Assembly: GCA_033442325.1 (NCBI GenBank)
Contig: JAWQFM010000030.1
Location: forward strand, 154,323-218,322
Length of the DNA: 64,000 bases
DNA from: Salpingoeca rosetta
Lineage: Eukaryota; Protista; Choanoflagellata
Direction of reading: 5' to 3'
The translations under genes and the position numbers were made by a program. A model generated the notes under the pieces. The model had not been told where the DNA came from. It was given only the letters and a program-made list of their open reading frames with translations, and made no database searches. Below are positions 53,481-64,000 of this stretch, in pieces; positions within the stretch are counted from its first letter, which is position 1; each line of letters begins with the position of its first letter.

Positions 53481-54782
53481 ATGTGGCGGCTGTCGTGGTT
53501 GGTGCTGCTGGTTCTTGTGGCGTCGCCACAGCTGGGCGTGCTTGTCGTTGTGCACGGAAACGACGAAGACCATCAAGAGGCTGCGGCAGACGGCACAGCG
53601 CTGCTGGTGGAGGATGAGTTTGGGGACGTGCACATGAACACGACGACACAGGGTGCGCGCGTGTTTGTCAACGGCGTCGATGTGTTGCAGACCATCGACA
53701 CGCTCGAGTCGTCCATTCGCTTCATGGAGGCCACCCTAACATGGACGCTGGAGGGTGTGTGTCCGAGCGATTTCGCCTCCCACCAGCTGGATCAGGACAC
53801 CATCCCCTTTCCAGCATCACAGCAAGACACGCCGGCCTCCCACGGGCTCTGGTGGGGTGGCGTGGCTGCGAGCAACGGCCTCATCTACGCAACGCCGTCG
53901 CAGTCGGATTCCGTGCTCATCATCGACCCCGCCACTGGCGCCGTGGACGCCACCACCATCACGGGCCTCACGACCGCCTTGGGGAAGTGGATTGGCGGGC
54001 ACGAGTCCAATGCCACCAGCTTCATCTACTGCGTGCCGCAATACGCCACCTCCGTGCTCATGATTGACCTGCGCACCAACACCGCCATCACCACCGCCAT
54101 TTCGGGCCTGCCCGTGCACACCGACAAGTGGCGCGGGAGTGCCATGGCCGAGGACGGGCGCATCTTCGCAGCGCCGTCGTCGTACTCGGCAATCCTCATC
54201 ATCGAGCCGGAGTTCAACCGCGTTGACTACACCACCATGGCAGGGTTTGACGGCACCGTGTTCAACAAGTGGAACGACGCCGTGCTTGCAGGCAACGGCA
54301 AGATCTACTGCATCCCCGCCAACGCCGACAGCGTGCTCCTCATCGACCCGGCAACCAACACGTTTGACGCGACGTCCATCGTGGCGTCTGGCCCAGGGTT
54401 CCAGGAGTGGGGATTCGGCGTACTTGCAGGGATCAACGGCAAGATCTATGGCATGCCCTACGATGCAGACAGCGTCCTCATCATTGACCCTGCCACGGAC
54501 ACAGTCGACACCACGACAATGAGCGGTGTTGGGAACACGCCAAACAAGTGGCTAACTGGTGCAAGTGCAGCAAACGGTCTCATTTACGCCTTTCCAGCAA
54601 GCGACGTGTCATCCGTGCTCATCGTTGACCCGACGTCAGACACGTTTGACAGCACATCCGTGTCCTCGCTCCCAAGTGGAAACTTTCAATTCTCAACCGT
54701 GGCCGCACGCAACGGTAATGTGTATGGGATTCCCTTCTTAGCACGCTCCATTCCCGCCCTCCACACAACATGCACTCTTTGA
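53481..54782 (+). CDS. Intronless secreted protein: signal peptide, short beta/coiled-coil N-module, 7 x ~46-aa beta-propeller repeats
   Basis: 433-aa ORF with hydrophobic N-terminus MWRLSWLVLLVLVASPQLG. Seven repeats of consensus (K)W.G.V.A.NG.IY..P....SVLIIDPAT...D.T. No microsatellites or introns within the ORF. Confidence 0.88.
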   Translation: MWRLSWLVLLVLVASPQLGVLVVVHGNDEDHQEAAADGTALLVEDEFGDVHMNTTTQGARVFVNGVDVLQTIDTLESSIRFMEATLTWTLEGVCPSDFASHQLDQDTIPFPASQQDTPASHGLWWGGVAASNGLIYATPSQSDSVLIIDPATGAVDATTITGLTTALGKWIGGHESNATSFIYCVPQYATSVLMIDLRTNTAITTAISGLPVHTDKWRGSAMAEDGRIFAAPSSYSAILIIEPEFNRVDYTTMAGFDGTVFNKWNDAVLAGNGKIYCIPANADSVLLIDPATNTFDATSIVASGPGFQEWGFGVLAGINGKIYGMPYDADSVLIIDPATDTVDTTTMSGVGNTPNKWLTGASAANGLIYAFPASDVSSVLIVDPTSDTFDSTSVSSLPSGNFQFSTVAARNGNVYGIPFLARSIPALHTTCTL

Positions 54783-54797
54783 CTGGTTTAGGCTAGC

Positions 54798-54799
<2 letters not shown>

Positions 54800-54880
<81 letters not shown>

Positions 54881-54887
54881 GGGGAGG

Positions 54888-54956
<69 letters not shown>

Positions 54957-54963
54957 GGGGAGG

Positions 54964-55010
<47 letters not shown>

Positions 55011-55080
55011 TGGGGTGTGCATTGGTGTGTGGTGTGTGTGTGTGTGTGCGTGTGTGTTTGTGGGGTGTGCATTGGTGTGT

Positions 55081-55128
<48 letters not shown>

Positions 55129-55730
55129 GTGGGGGTGTGCATTGGTGTGTGGTGTGTGTCTGTCTATGGCTGTGTCTGTGCAATAGTGTGTGACTGGATT
55201 TCTCGTCTTCTGGACATTAAAGCGCTCGTGTATTCGACCAAACTGGTGATATACTTTCCCCCATGCACGTGACAAAGCAAATCAACCATCAGTATGCATG
55301 CACACGTGTCAAACGATTCGCACTTGGAAAACACGCACACACACACACACACACACGAAACACACACACACACGAACACACACAAACAGACACACACACA
55401 CACACACGAACACACACACACACACACGAACACACACAAACACACACACATACAAACACACACGAAACACACGAACACACAGACACACACACACACATAC
55501 AAACACACACACACACACGAACACACACACACACACACGAACACACACAAACACACACACATACAAACACACACGAAACACACGAACACACAGACACACA
55601 CACACACATACAAACACACACGAAACACACGAACACACACACACGAAACACACACACACACGAAACACACACACACACACGAAACACACACACACACACG
55701 AACACACACAAACACACACACAAACACACT
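54800..55730. repeat. Compound satellite between convergent genes: GT-based units (54800-55160), then CA/CACGAA-based higher-order units (55330-55730)
   Basis: Repeating 'ttggggagggttt' and 'ggggtgtgcattggtgtgtg' interruptions in (GT)n. Repeated ~110-bp CA block containing 'catacaaacacacacgaaacacacgaacacacagac'. Confidence 0.9.
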
Positions 55731-55784
55731 GCCGTCTCACCACCACCACCACCACCACCACCATCACTGCCACCACGTTCATCG

Positions 55785-64000
<8,216 letters not shown>

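Noticed and set aside
54800-55730. Interrupted GT/CA arrays as a CRISPR array or telomeric repeat
   Set aside because: No unique spacers, no cas genes and no tandem TTAGGG; these are compound microsatellites.

Overview
Eukaryotic, gene-dense, intron-rich DNA saturated with (CA)n/(GT)n, (CAA)n, (CAG)n and (CAT)n microsatellites, with two 100-N scaffold gaps. The gene content (phosphotyrosine signalling proteins, animal-type PCIF1, a centrobin-like gene, nuclear NDUFS2) and repeat style point to a choanoflagellate, most likely Salpingoeca rosetta-like; this is inference. About 12 protein-coding genes can be assembled by hand, in order: a 5'-partial Ig-like(DUF5011)-TM-SH2 receptor (+), a Maf/CNC-like bZIP factor (-), a small SET-domain protein (+), a NEK/NIMA kinase (+), an orphan ORF (-), an ankyrin-PDZ-GK-PDZ-PTP phosphatase (+), a centrobin-like coiled-coil protein (-), GHITM (+), NDUFS2 (-), a PCIF1-like protein whose catalytic NPPF motif reads HPPC (-), an intronless secreted 7-bladed beta-propeller (+), and a very large 5'-partial protein with a fragmented cyanobacterial/algal-type HD-like domain (-). 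The most notable observations are: (1) many introns on both strands have GT repeats at the 5' end and complementary CA repeats at the 3' end, often with no polypyrimidine tract; (2) a MAGI-type PDZ0-GK module fused to ankyrins and an intact PTP; (3) a putative pseudo-enzyme PCIF1; (4) a centrobin-like gene near a NEK kinase that has a CDE-N4-CHR motif upstream. Family assignments rest on remembered motifs, not database searches. Exon boundaries were read by eye and are approximate. No RNA genes, CRISPR arrays or transposons were recognised.
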